Assembly: GCA_040390125.1 (NCBI GenBank)
Contig: JAZJYZ010000001.1
Span: 570,396-634,395, forward strand
Length of the DNA stretch: 64,000 nucleotides
Direction: 5' to 3'
Origin: Patescibacteria group bacterium
Lineage (GTDB): Bacteria; Patescibacteriota; Minisyncoccia; Phycocordibacterales; Phycocordibacteraceae
Part shown: positions 1-9,237 of the stretch, piece after piece
Layout: every line of letters begins with the position of its first letter
Position numbering within the stretch: the stretch's first letter is position 1
Program-made: the position numbers and the translations under genes
The notes under the pieces: generated by a model
Database searches by the model: none
What the model saw: only the letters and a program-made list of their open reading frames with translations
Told to the model about the DNA's origin: nothing

Positions 1-219
1 TTTAGGAGCACGTCCTACTGCCATAACAGTTCCAGAAACTTTCGCACCCGAAACAGTTGGAGCACCAATAGAAGCCTCTGAACCGTTGTCGGTAAAAAGC
101 ACTGCATCAAAAGTGATTTTGTCATCCTTCTTGACGTCTGCAATTTTTTCAATCGTAATGATAGAGTTCTCTTTTACGAGATACTGCTTCCCTCCTGTCT
201 TTATAACCGCTATATTCAT
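1..219 (-). CDS. rplU: 50S ribosomal protein L21 (3' part outside window)
   Basis: Manual translation from ATG at 219: MNIAVIKTGGKQYLVKE..., the L21 N-terminal signature; not in ORF track. Confidence 0.95.
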   Translation of the reverse strand, partial: MNIAVIKTGGKQYLVKENSIITIEKIADVKKDDKITFDAVLFTDNGSEASIGAPTVSGAKVSGTVMAVGRAPK

Positions 220-263
220 ATCGGAGTATCGTACCAAAAAACCCTTAAAAAGCAACATGAGAA

Positions 264-341
264 AGCTTCCAGGTTTCAGCTTTCAGCTTTCAGCTTTGGA
301 TTCAGAAAAAGCTGGCACCTGGAACCTGACAGCTGAAAGCT
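264..341. repeat. Inverted heptamer array (AGCTTTC-type left arm / GAAAGCT-type right arm)
   Basis: agcttcc aggtttc agctttc agctttc agcttt ... aaagct ggcacct ggaacct gacagct gaaagct. Confidence 0.9.
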
Positions 342-364
342 CTGTCGAATAGACGGCTTTGCGT

Positions 365-2185
365 CTATTCGACGGTTACTGACTTCGCAAGGTTGCGAGG
401 ACGGTCAACATTAAGTCCTTTGTCTGATGCAAAGTGATAGGCGAAGAGCTGGAGTGCAATGATAGAAAACACCACCGAGAGCTCTTCTGATGCTTTTGGA
501 ATGTAAATAACGTGGTCAGAAACCTCTCTTATTTTTTCATCACCCTCGGTTGCAATCGCAATCACCGGGCCTTTACGGGTGCGTATTTCTATCATATTGG
601 AAACAGTTTTTTCGTATACAGAATCTTGAGGAACAACGGCGACCGTTGGAAAGTTCTCATCTATCATCGCAAGGGGCCCGTGCTTCATCTCTCCTGCTCC
701 ATATCCTTCAGCGTGTACGTATGAAATTTCTTTAAGTTTCAGCGCACCCTCGAGTGCCGCTGGGTAGCTAAATCTACGCCCAATAAAAAGAAAATCCCGT
801 GAGTCTTTATATACGTCCGCAATTTTGTGTATCTCTTCGGACTGCTCTAATACCTTCTTTGCGAGATCTGGCAGGCTTCTGAGCGACTCTGCGAGCGCCA
901 TACCATCTTCCTTCGAGAGCGAACGAGTACGACCAAGGAAAAGTGCTACGAGCGAAAGAATAACTACTTGCGAAACAAGTGCTTTAGTGGAAGCAACTCC
1001 AATTTCAGGTCCTGCATGGTTATACACTCCGGCATCTGTTTCCCGGGCAATGGTGGAGCCTACGGTATTCACGATACCCAAAGTCAGAGCACCATGTCGT
1101 TTTGCTTCACGAATTGCCTCAAGTGTGTCGAGAGTTTCGCCAGACTGGGAGATTGCCAAGACGGCGGTGTTTGGCCTGATCACGGGCTTTCGATAGCGAA
1201 ATTCAGAAGCAAGCTCTACTTCAACAGGAACACCGGCAAGCGCCTCAATTAAATACTCACCAATGAGCCCTGCGTAGTAGGCGGTTCCACAGCCAACAAT
1301 AATAAGTCTGTCTATGTTTTGAAGTTCTTTTTCTACCGATTCAAGACCGCCAAGCTTTGCCTTACCCTCTTCAACGATGAGTCTGCCTCGAAGAGCATTT
1401 TCAATCACTTCAGGCGACTCCATCATCTCTTTCAACATAAAATGCGGGTAGCCTCCTCGTGAAGCCTCGCCCACATCCCACGTTATGGTTTCGGACGGGC
1501 GATCTACCTCACTTTCTGAAAGCGTTCGTACACGGTGCGTTGTGGGTGTGATAATCGCAACATCCCCATCGGAAAGGAACACCATTTTTTTTGTATGCTT
1601 CAAAATTGGAGTTGCATCAGAGGCAATAAAATTCTCTCCGTCCCCTAAGCCCACTACCACCGGGGAGCCCATGCGTGCAGTGATGATGGTGTCGGGCTCT
1701 TTTGCATACGAAATAAGAAGCCCATAGGTACCTCGAAGCTTCTTCAGAGTATCAATAACGGCATCTTCAAAATTGAGATTGTTTCCAAGTGCTCCTTCAA
1801 TAAGGTGTGCAATAACCTCGGTGTCCGTTTCTGATTTAAACGTATGACCTCCTGCCACAAGCTCTTCTTTAAGCTCACGAAAGTTCTCGATGATTCCGTT
1901 ATGGATTACAAACACGTCTCCGTCACAATCACCGTGCGGGTGTGCATTGATTTCATTCGGAGCTCCATGCGTTGCCCAGCGTAAGTGTGCTATTCCAGAA
2001 GTTGCCGAGTACTCTCCTTTCATTTTCTTAGTGAGTTCGGCAACAGCCCCTGGAGTTTTCACCACATCAAAGCCAGGCATGTATACACCCGCAGAGTCGT
2101 ACCCACGATACTCAAGCATTGAAAGACCCTCGAGAAGTATCGGGGATGCTTTTTTAGAGCCGGTATAGGCAAAGATTCCGCACAT
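365..2185 (-). CDS. glmS: Glutamine-fructose-6-phosphate aminotransferase
   Basis: MCGI N-terminal nucleophile, HLRWATHG, C-terminal PRNLAKSVTVE. Confidence 0.98.
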   Translation of the reverse strand: MCGIFAYTGSKKASPILLEGLSMLEYRGYDSAGVYMPGFDVVKTPGAVAELTKKMKGEYSATSGIAHLRWATHGAPNEINAHPHGDCDGDVFVIHNGIIENFRELKEELVAGGHTFKSETDTEVIAHLIEGALGNNLNFEDAVIDTLKKLRGTYGLLISYAKEPDTIITARMGSPVVVGLGDGENFIASDATPILKHTKKMVFLSDGDVAIITPTTHRVRTLSESEVDRPSETITWDVGEASRGGYPHFMLKEMMESPEVIENALRGRLIVEEGKAKLGGLESVEKELQNIDRLIIVGCGTAYYAGLIGEYLIEALAGVPVEVELASEFRYRKPVIRPNTAVLAISQSGETLDTLEAIREAKRHGALTLGIVNTVGSTIARETDAGVYNHAGPEIGVASTKALVSQVVILSLVALFLGRTRSLSKEDGMALAESLRSLPDLAKKVLEQSEEIHKIADVYKDSRDFLFIGRRFSYPAALEGALKLKEISYVHAEGYGAGEMKHGPLAMIDENFPTVAVVPQDSVYEKTVSNMIEIRTRKGPVIAIATEGDEKIREVSDHVIYIPKASEELSVVFSIIALQLFAYHFASDKGLNVDRPRNLAKSVTVE

Positions 2186-2220
2186 CTTAGATTTTGTTAG
2201 TGAACGTAGGTGAGCTTAAA

Positions 2221-2286
2221 AAATCTTAGACCCTGTTAAAGCTGTGCTTCGCAGAGAGCTGTCTTACAGCGGATTTAACAGGGTGA
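2221..2286 (-). mobile_element. Gene-less copy of the GIY-YIG-associated palindromic element
   Basis: aaatcttagaccctgttaaa...ggatttaacagggtga match the reverse complement of the ends at 46358/46630; two internal hairpins. Confidence 0.8.
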
Positions 2287-2336
2287 TACTACAATACTAC
2301 CTGAAAGAGGCGGGTTTGGTAACGAGTTTAGGACAA

Positions 2337-3389
2337 TTAATCCTCTTCCCGAGATGGGGCATCAATAACAGGCATGGCAATACCTGGAGCATCGCCCGTA
2401 ATACGCATCACATCCTTATCTATCTTCTTAAACTCCTTACCTGAATTGTTGAAATGATTGACCACCGTGCCGAGCGCATTTCCAAGCTTCGCATGATATT
2501 CCTCAAAGGTTTTGAGGTGTTTACCTAATTCCCCTACTCTCTGCACAATATCTTTTGCCTGTTCTTCAATTTGCATAGCACGAAGCCCCTGCAAAACCGT
2601 CTGCAAGTACGCAAGAAACGACGTTGGCGAGACAATGATGACTTTGTACCTCCCTGCCGCACGCTGAATAAGGTTCTCCGTGTCCTCAGTTACCGCACCA
2701 ATTTTATTAATAAGCAAATCATAATAAATAGCTTCGTGAGGAATAAACATAAACGCAAAATCCATAGTCCCTTCATTAGGGCGAATATATTTTGCTGTTT
2801 CTTGAATACGAAGCTTCAAATCATTTACAAATAGTTTTTCTAATCGTAACTTCTCCGATGGATCAGTAGCTTCGGTGAGACGGTTATAGTTTTCAAGTGA
2901 AAACTTTGAATCAATAGGAATAACTTTATCTTTTACAAACACGGCTGCATCTACAATTTCACCGTTACCGAAAGCATACTGCATTTGATACTGCCCTGGC
3001 GGAAGAACATTCTTCAGTAATGTTTCCAAGTAGTACTCGCCCAAAATACCTCTCTGTTTGGGATTCTTAAGAATGTCTTGCAGATTTTGAAGCTGGTCTG
3101 CAAACGAAACAACTTGCCTGTTAGTTTCATCAAGCTTCGTGAGGCGTTCCGTCACATCACGAATAATGCGGTTCGCCTCTGTTGCCTGATTCTGGGTCGA
3201 CTGCATCAAGTTTTGTGAGGTTTTATCAAGTCTGGCATCAAGTGTTCTGGAAAGTTCCGCAATCCGCTCGTTTATGAGCGAAACCCCCTCCCCTTGCCCA
3301 GTATCCTTTTTTCGAGAAAAGAAAAACACCAAAGCTCCTGCGTTGAGAAGCAAAAGAGCTATCACAAGAACAATAAGAAGTACCTCCAT
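2337..3389 (-). CDS. rmuC: DNA recombination protein RmuC
   Basis: N-terminal TM, RGILGE, IDSKF, FAFMFIPHE, SPTSF motifs. Confidence 0.93.
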   Translation of the reverse strand: MEVLLIVLVIALLLLNAGALVFFFSRKKDTGQGEGVSLINERIAELSRTLDARLDKTSQNLMQSTQNQATEANRIIRDVTERLTKLDETNRQVVSFADQLQNLQDILKNPKQRGILGEYYLETLLKNVLPPGQYQMQYAFGNGEIVDAAVFVKDKVIPIDSKFSLENYNRLTEATDPSEKLRLEKLFVNDLKLRIQETAKYIRPNEGTMDFAFMFIPHEAIYYDLLINKIGAVTEDTENLIQRAAGRYKVIIVSPTSFLAYLQTVLQGLRAMQIEEQAKDIVQRVGELGKHLKTFEEYHAKLGNALGTVVNHFNNSGKEFKKIDKDVMRITGDAPGIAMPVIDAPSREED

Positions 3390-3428
3390 TTCGTTGATTA
3401 TAACAGAGTGCAGGTGTATGCTCTTTTC

Positions 3429-3587
3429 ATGGCTGAAGGTGTAGAAAAACCAGTACTAAACTCAACGGACCATATGTCTGAAAAGCACAGGAAGATTTTT
3501 ATTGGTTTATATCTTCTAGCTATGGCGGGTGTTCTGGTAGCTGGAACAGTTGCTAATTATTTGCACGCAAAGCCACATTCAAAGTAA
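3429..3587 (+). CDS. Small single-TM hypothetical protein (52 aa)
   Basis: ATG at 3429 just after TGTATGCT -10-like box; hydrophobic helix; abuts yqeY. Confidence 0.55.
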   Translation: MAEGVEKPVLNSTDHMSEKHRKIFIGLYLLAMAGVLVAGTVANYLHAKPHSK

Positions 3588-3592
3588 CCATT

Positions 3593-4045
3593 ATGCTCCA
3601 AGCTCAAATCAAAACAGACATGGTGGCAGCAATGAAGGCACGTGAAGCCCTCAAAGTTGAAGTGCTCCGTGGGCTTATGTCTGCCTGCACCAATGAACTC
3701 GTTGCCCTGAAACGCCTTCCTACAGACCAACTTGCTGACCAAGAAGTGCTGACAGTTATCCGTCGTGAAGTTAAAAAACGAAAAGATGCATTTGAACAAT
3801 TCACTAAAGGCAATCGTCCTGAACTAGCTCAAAAAGAAGAAGCTGAACGTGCAATACTCGAAGCATATCTTCCCGCAATGATGAGCCAAGATGATATTCG
3901 CAAGATTGCAGAAGCTAAAAAAATAGAAATGGGCGTCACCGATAAAAAAGAAGCCGGCAAATTTATGGGAGCTCTCATGAAAGACCTCCAAGGAAAAGCT
4001 GACGGTGCGGATGTTAAAGCGGTAATTGACTCACTTTTTGTATAA
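3593..4045 (+). CDS. GatB/YqeY domain protein
   Basis: IKTDMVAAMKAR, KKRKDAFEQF, YLPAMMS, GKADG motifs. Confidence 0.93.
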   Translation: MLQAQIKTDMVAAMKAREALKVEVLRGLMSACTNELVALKRLPTDQLADQEVLTVIRREVKKRKDAFEQFTKGNRPELAQKEEAERAILEAYLPAMMSQDDIRKIAEAKKIEMGVTDKKEAGKFMGALMKDLQGKADGADVKAVIDSLFV

Positions 4046-4077
4046 GCGTTTTATATAAGCGTCAGTAAGTAACCTGT

Positions 4078-4395
4078 ATGGGAGAAAGCGACAGTTGGTA
4101 CAAGGAGCACCACGACAGAAATCATCCTTTCATAACAATTGCTGACAAAATTCGAGGTATATATTTTATACGATGGGTTTTTATTAGTCGCTCTAAGGAT
4201 AAATTTGAACTAGCTAGAGAGTGGGCAAAGGAACAACATAAGTTACTGTTAAAAGCACAACACAGAAGAAAACAGAAAAAAAAGCCCGATATGTGGAAGC
4301 ACCGAAACCCGGAAAATATAGTGGGCGTAAAAACTAAGACAAGAGTCCGCACCGTGGTAGAGCAAGCACCTTCAGCATACATAAACGCTGAGTAA
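4078..4395 (+). CDS. Hypothetical basic protein
   Basis: 105-aa ORF co-oriented with yqeY; no recognised motif. Confidence 0.55.
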   Translation: MGESDSWYKEHHDRNHPFITIADKIRGIYFIRWVFISRSKDKFELAREWAKEQHKLLLKAQHRRKQKKKPDMWKHRNPENIVGVKTKTRVRTVVEQAPSAYINAE

Positions 4396-4397
4396 GG

Positions 4398-4517
4398 CTC
4401 TGAAAAAATGAACGACTTACGAAGTCGTTCATTTTTTCAGAGGTTAATGGCAGATATACGATGTCTGCCATAGGGCTGTGTATCTTGTAACTATGTTGGG
4501 TTTCGTAAACCCAACAT
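4398..4517. repeat. Cluster of three palindromes with T-ACG-A loop
   Basis: 4398-4442 (21-bp perfect stem), 4447-4471, 4493-4517 (loop CGT = ACG on minus strand). Confidence 0.85.
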
Positions 4518-4534
4518 CAAAACACTGGGTAGGT

Positions 4535-5515
4535 CTATGCTTGTGTTTCTTTTCGGGATGCGAGGTAACATACTAGCCCAGCACTTTCTTGATGCTCGGG
4601 TTTCTTTGGGAAAAGAATTATTCCGTTCACTGATGAGTGCACCGGTATATTCCCTTGATACCCAATGATTTCACCTTTCGCTATGGGGGCGAACCCCTGG
4701 TCTTTCCCTTCCGCAAAGATAAATGGTCGATTCGCATCATACGGAACTGATGTCACCACTCTGTACTCAGAGCCCGATGGAGGAAGCTCCGGCAACACAC
4801 CCTCCACCATTCCTCGTTCAATGAGAATCGCACGAATGGCTTCAAACACAGGGATAGTATTTCGCATATCAGTTGCCTGTCCTGATTCGTAGCAAATGCC
4901 TACTTTCCCAAAATCATCTGCCACCTCATCAATAGAGCCTCCGCCACCTGAAACTATCCTTTCAGGATCAAGTACCACAGACTCTCGAGGAAGCCATTTG
5001 TAGACAGAGCTGTGCTCTTCATCTCCAAGTGCACACACAAACGCTGGCGAGGGCCTATTAGTTGAATGAAGGTCAATGACGATGTCCGACGAGCGAATTG
5101 CTTCTGTAATTTTTTGTGCACGACTCCCTTCCCATCCTTTATCTTCCCTACCCGAAAGAACTGAAGGTGTAAAAATTCTATTCAAGTCAATCCCTCCCGA
5201 TGCTGTTCGCTGGTCAGCCTCTATTGCACGTGTATTTCCAAGGGTAAGTTGTACTTCACCTGAAACAAGTTTCAAATCGCCATTCTCTAAACTTTGACGC
5301 ATCATGTCAGCAACAAGAACCCCGAGAACTTCATTTCCGTGCGTACCCCCGACAATAAGAATAGAAGGCCCTCGTCTTTCGCCAGAGTAGCGGAGTGTCT
5401 TTTCACCAAATGTACGGAGTGCTTCAAGAACACGCCCTCGGACTTCAGGTTCTCTATCTTCACCTGCAGTACTCATAGGTCTATTTTCGCGTCCATTTCT
5501 CATATGTTTTACCAT
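4535..5515 (-). CDS. Succinylglutamate desuccinylase/aspartoacylase (M14-like) family protein
   Basis: GGTHGNE, DLNRIF, VIDLHS, YESG motifs; start codon uncertain. Confidence 0.88.
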   Translation of the reverse strand: MVKHMRNGRENRPMSTAGEDREPEVRGRVLEALRTFGEKTLRYSGERRGPSILIVGGTHGNEVLGVLVADMMRQSLENGDLKLVSGEVQLTLGNTRAIEADQRTASGGIDLNRIFTPSVLSGREDKGWEGSRAQKITEAIRSSDIVIDLHSTNRPSPAFVCALGDEEHSSVYKWLPRESVVLDPERIVSGGGGSIDEVADDFGKVGICYESGQATDMRNTIPVFEAIRAILIERGMVEGVLPELPPSGSEYRVVTSVPYDANRPFIFAEGKDQGFAPIAKGEIIGYQGNIPVHSSVNGIILFPKKPEHQESAGLVCYLASRKETQA

Positions 5516-5545
5516 TTTTATGGGGTTGAATATATAAATTTCAAA

Positions 5546-5579
5546 TAAAAAGAAAAACAGCCTCCTTCGAGGCTGTTTT
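5546..5579 (-). terminator. Intrinsic terminator in the leader of the M14-like gene
   Basis: Minus strand AAAACAGCCTC-GAAG-GAGGCTGTTTT followed by a T-rich tract. Confidence 0.7.
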
Positions 5580-5619
5580 GGAATCTTTACTTTTGAAATT
5601 TAAAAATCCACCGACAACC

Positions 5620-5673
5620 TCAAAAGAGGCTTCGCTTCACTGAACCCAAAACCGTCATTGATATGTATTCCAT
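5620..5673 (-). CDS. Candidate leader peptide MEYISMTVLGSVKRSLF
   Basis: TACTAT just upstream of ATG; ORF overlaps alternative stems preceding the terminator. Confidence 0.4.
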   Translation of the reverse strand: MEYISMTVLGSVKRSLF

Positions 5674-5711
5674 GAATATATAGTATGTATCGTTTTTATA
5701 CATGTGTCAAT

Positions 5712-5740
5712 ATATGTAAGACATACGATGTCTTACATAT
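5712..5740. repeat. T-ACG-A loop palindrome
   Basis: atatgtaagacat acg atgtcttacatat, 13-bp perfect stem. Confidence 0.8.
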
Positions 5741-5759
5741 CCCAAAAAATCGACATTCT

Positions 5760-6290
5760 TTAAAATATGGAGAAAAGAAACGGCAGAGCGTACGAGTAGC
5801 TGAGATACGCACTCACAATGCCAATAAGGAGCCCTGCAATCATGTCGGAGGGATAATGCAACCCGGCAATAATACGTGCAATGGCAATGAGAGCGGTTGT
5901 GGCGAAAAATGCGACCCCGAGTAAAGGATTAAAGAAAAGAACAAACGTTGAAAGTGCAAAGAAAAAGAGTGCGTGCCCTGAGGGAAATGAAGGAGATTTG
6001 AGTTGAATGAACGGTTTGAGCGAGTGCGCTTTGAACGGTCGAGGCACGGGATGGAAAAATCTAATAAGGCTTCCAAAAACAAAGCGTGCCATGAGCCCTG
6101 CAATCAGAGCAGAGGCACATACAAGAATACTCTCTCTCAAGGGTGTCTGAACAAGGAAAAGGTACACCGGCAACGCCAGAGTAAGCGGATACGCAATATA
6201 GGAACCAAAAAACATAATCAAAAAATCCCCTAGCCTACTCTTGCGGGCAAGACTGTTGAGAGAGAAAAATACTTTTGTATCTAGATTCAT
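5760..6290 (-). CDS. PAP2 family phosphatase (undecaprenyl-PP phosphatase-like)
   Basis: RPF, SFPSGHA, ARIIAGLHYPSD motifs. Confidence 0.93.
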   Translation of the reverse strand: MNLDTKVFFSLNSLARKSRLGDFLIMFFGSYIAYPLTLALPVYLFLVQTPLRESILVCASALIAGLMARFVFGSLIRFFHPVPRPFKAHSLKPFIQLKSPSFPSGHALFFFALSTFVLFFNPLLGVAFFATTALIAIARIIAGLHYPSDMIAGLLIGIVSAYLSYSYALPFLFSIF

Positions 6291-6508
6291 GAAAAGTTGA
6301 ACTTTTTTACCGGGAGCCTTTTTTATTTCTTGAATTTAAAATGCGGAAAACAATTTCATCCCAAACTTTATGCCATGTGGGAAGTTTGCCTAACGCATCG
6401 AAGACAGAGCCAAATACTGGCGGTGGCAGTTCACTCACCTACTCAGTATATCCTGAGGAAATAGCGGTACGCTCGAGCGACATACGATATAGTAGTAGAA
6501 AAGAGTGT

Positions 6509-8419
6509 ATGAAAAAGCCTTCTCTTACGTCTACTAAAAGCATGAAGACACATATCTACCTCGGAGCGTTAACCATTTCGCTGGCACTCGGTATTGCACC
6601 AAGTGCTTTTGGTGCTGAAATCAGTTATACGGACGTGCGAGAACGCATTGGTGATCAGGTGCTAGTGCGTCAGAGCGGATTTACTACAGAAAATTGGTAC
6701 AAATGTTTTATAAGTACACGAGCCTGCGAAGGAGTAGCTTCAAGTACCACACTCGCTGGCGCTCCTCTCGTTGACGGCTCCACTCGCTCTGTCTCCCCTG
6801 CTGGAACCAATACTCTTATCACTTCCTATCCTGCTCCTTCATATCAGGTGGTGCGACAACTCTTCTCACGAACTCCAGACGGTGCTACATCACTCATCGC
6901 AACCCTTCCCTCGTTCCCTGAAACTAAAAGAACACTCTGGACCAGTGATGCAAACGCACTACTTTTCATTACGGGAGGAAACGAAGTAAAAAAGTACGAC
7001 ATCAGCACAAACACCGTCTCTACAGGGGGCACTCTCCCACCAGGCGCTTCATGGCTCAGTGTTTCTCCTAATGGGCGTTACGTTGCTTTCTATATACCAG
7101 CAACGCAAACGAGGGGCACCCGCACATTCGGCATTTTGGACACGGTAAATCAGTCTATTCATACAAAAGTTGAAACACTGGGATACTGGGATCTTTTAAC
7201 GGAGGGCATTCGCATCTTTGCTTTCTCACCTGACTCAACCTCCCTCATCTATATTGACGACATTAAAAACCAACCAACGCTGTACCGTGTCACTCTCTCT
7301 TCCCTCAAAGCAGGCGGTGGCACATTCATCAGCCAAAGAATGTTCTCTCGTGAATACGCCGTTACGGATGTTTTTTGGAAAGACGCTGGCACAATATTTT
7401 TTACGGCAAACCGCGATAACCCGTACCAATATTCTCTGTACGAATATGTTTTGAAGAGCGGAGCACTCAAGAAGATTGCTGACAATGTTTCGTATGCCAC
7501 CCCCCTGCAGAAAGTTGGAAACGTCTATTTATTTGCTGAAGCAACTGAAACAGGCATTCGACCTAAAATCTACGATCCAAAAACTAAGGCACTCCAAACG
7601 CTCTCCGTACCTGCCGGCAACGCTCAAACTTCAAAAGGAAAAGTAGTAAAACTCAAAAGCGGACTCTCTGGAGTATTTCTTTTGGAATCAAGCAAGCACT
7701 CCGACACACTGCTTGTGTGGCTCCATGGCGGTCCCTACCGGCAAACGAGTGTCGGCTATCACCCATACATGAGCTACGGCGGGTATGACTGGATTCTGGA
7801 AAATGCCAGAAGCTCTAACGTTGGCGTCTTAAAACTCGACTACCCTGGGTCTGCCGGTTTCGGACGTCTATTTGCTGAATCTATCTCTGGCAAAGTGGGC
7901 GTGAAAGATGCCTTAGACACTAAGTCAGCAATCAAAGACTTCGCTGCTCGAAATGGTTATAAAAACATTTACGTCATGGGAAACAGTTACGGCGGATACT
8001 TAGCTCTGAAGCTTCTCACTGACACTCCTACTATGTACAAAGGAGCAATCTCAATAAACGGCGTTGCCGACTGGCTTACACTCCTCAGCAACCTCAACAA
8101 TTCCATATTCAACGTGCAGTTCGGAGGCCCCGTTGGAGAAGAAAATTATGCACTCCATGCAGATGCTTCTATCTACAACGGCATCGCCAATCTCACGACG
8201 CAAAAAGTAATCTTGGCGCACGGAGACAAAGACATGACCATCCCCTACTCGGAATCAAAAGGCCTCTCCATCGCCCTAGAGCTTATACACAAAGACGTTA
8301 CGCTTCTCACATTCGCCGGCGAAGATCATGTATACAAGAAGCCAGAGAGCTTCGAGACTTTATGTAAGGCAACACTCCAACTACTTGCTGTAACTGACAC
8401 TACAAAATGTGAACTGTAA
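6509..8419 (+). CDS. Secreted S9 (prolyl oligopeptidase-like) peptidase
   Basis: Signal peptide, propeller-like repeats (SPNGRYVAF, FSPDS), HGGP, GNSYGG nucleophile, HGDKD, GEDH; start 6509 or 6542. Confidence 0.88.
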   Translation: MKKPSLTSTKSMKTHIYLGALTISLALGIAPSAFGAEISYTDVRERIGDQVLVRQSGFTTENWYKCFISTRACEGVASSTTLAGAPLVDGSTRSVSPAGTNTLITSYPAPSYQVVRQLFSRTPDGATSLIATLPSFPETKRTLWTSDANALLFITGGNEVKKYDISTNTVSTGGTLPPGASWLSVSPNGRYVAFYIPATQTRGTRTFGILDTVNQSIHTKVETLGYWDLLTEGIRIFAFSPDSTSLIYIDDIKNQPTLYRVTLSSLKAGGGTFISQRMFSREYAVTDVFWKDAGTIFFTANRDNPYQYSLYEYVLKSGALKKIADNVSYATPLQKVGNVYLFAEATETGIRPKIYDPKTKALQTLSVPAGNAQTSKGKVVKLKSGLSGVFLLESSKHSDTLLVWLHGGPYRQTSVGYHPYMSYGGYDWILENARSSNVGVLKLDYPGSAGFGRLFAESISGKVGVKDALDTKSAIKDFAARNGYKNIYVMGNSYGGYLALKLLTDTPTMYKGAISINGVADWLTLLSNLNNSIFNVQFGGPVGEENYALHADASIYNGIANLTTQKVILAHGDKDMTIPYSESKGLSIALELIHKDVTLLTFAGEDHVYKKPESFETLCKATLQLLAVTDTTKCEL

Positions 8420-8430
8420 CAGGGAAGGTT

Positions 8431-8736
8431 CTAGAGAAAAGTCGAAAAGAAGAGACCTACAAGAAAAAGAACGGTGAAGCCAGCGAACGTTGCTACTGTT
8501 TTTACTAAGAGCTCTAGTGGGGCTTTCTTCTCCCCTTCTAAGTACAGCTTCACAGGCTGGTACCCAAACAAGCATGCCATCACGCACACCGAGAGAACGA
8601 AGAGCGAGAGGATGGCGATAGGAATCATCACACTTTCAGAAGGTCCAAAGGTCTTAGGAACGTAATACATGAACGATGCCACGAGAACTACATAGAGCGC
8701 TCCGGAGAGTGCGTTGAGAAAATAGTTTTTAGTCAT
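8431..8736 (-). CDS. Small three-TM membrane protein
   Basis: Hydrophobic 101-aa ORF with -10-like box close upstream. Confidence 0.75.
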   Translation of the reverse strand: MTKNYFLNALSGALYVVLVASFMYYVPKTFGPSESVMIPIAILSLFVLSVCVMACLFGYQPVKLYLEGEKKAPLELLVKTVATFAGFTVLFLVGLFFSTFL

Positions 8737-8790
8737 AGATATAGTGTATACCGGATGAGAAGGCTGTATGGTTACAGAGATCTATACAAC

Positions 8791-8816
8791 AAAACACACC
8801 TCTAGAGGTGTGTTTT
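8791..8816. terminator. Bidirectional-type hairpin terminator
   Basis: aaaacacacctctagaggtgtgtttt downstream of the DUF305 gene. Confidence 0.7.
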
Positions 8817-8837
8817 GTTTCTAATGCCGTAGGTGTG

Positions 8838-9197
8838 CTATTGAGCGAACCAACTACTTCGCCAATCTTTCATCATCTGTATCTCCCCTTTTTGGGCAGT
8901 AATGATGTCGCCTCCGAGCTTTATGAGCTCTGGTCGCTTTGTACCCTTAAGGAGTGTTTCTGCCATCTCAACGGCTCCTTCGTGATGAATAATCATCTCC
9001 TCCAGAAAAGCTTTATCGAGTTCGTCTCCGCTTTTACCCGACAAACCCATTGTCATGCCGTTCATAGCACCGTGCATACTAGACATGTCGGACTGTACTT
9101 GGACTACTGGGCGACTTACTCCTACAAAGTAGCCAATCACAAGGCCGAGTATAAGAGTGAGAAGTCCAATGATAAGAGTGTTGTTTTTTATTTCCAT
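8838..9197 (-). CDS. DUF305 (CopM-like) metal-binding protein
   Basis: DKAFLEEMIIHHEGAVEMA, IITAQKGEIQMM; Met-rich linker. Confidence 0.9.
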   Translation of the reverse strand: MEIKNNTLIIGLLTLILGLVIGYFVGVSRPVVQVQSDMSSMHGAMNGMTMGLSGKSGDELDKAFLEEMIIHHEGAVEMAETLLKGTKRPELIKLGGDIITAQKGEIQMMKDWRSSWFAQ

Positions 9198-9237
9198 AGT
9201 TTTTTATGAGTGTAAATAATACAAAACAAAAAACTAT

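Noticed and set aside
86-352. 88-aa plus-strand ORF
   Set aside because: Antisense to rplU and runs through the heptamer array
2186-2336. glmS ribozyme upstream of glmS
   Set aside because: No AGCGCC..GACGAGG core on the minus strand; the structure is explained by the GIY-YIG-type element
6341-6508. Long N-terminal extension of the S9 peptidase (similar over-long starts for ftsL, greA, hpf, EamA, VanX, 16562 ORF)
   Set aside because: Signal peptide, SD or -10 positions and overlaps favour downstream starts
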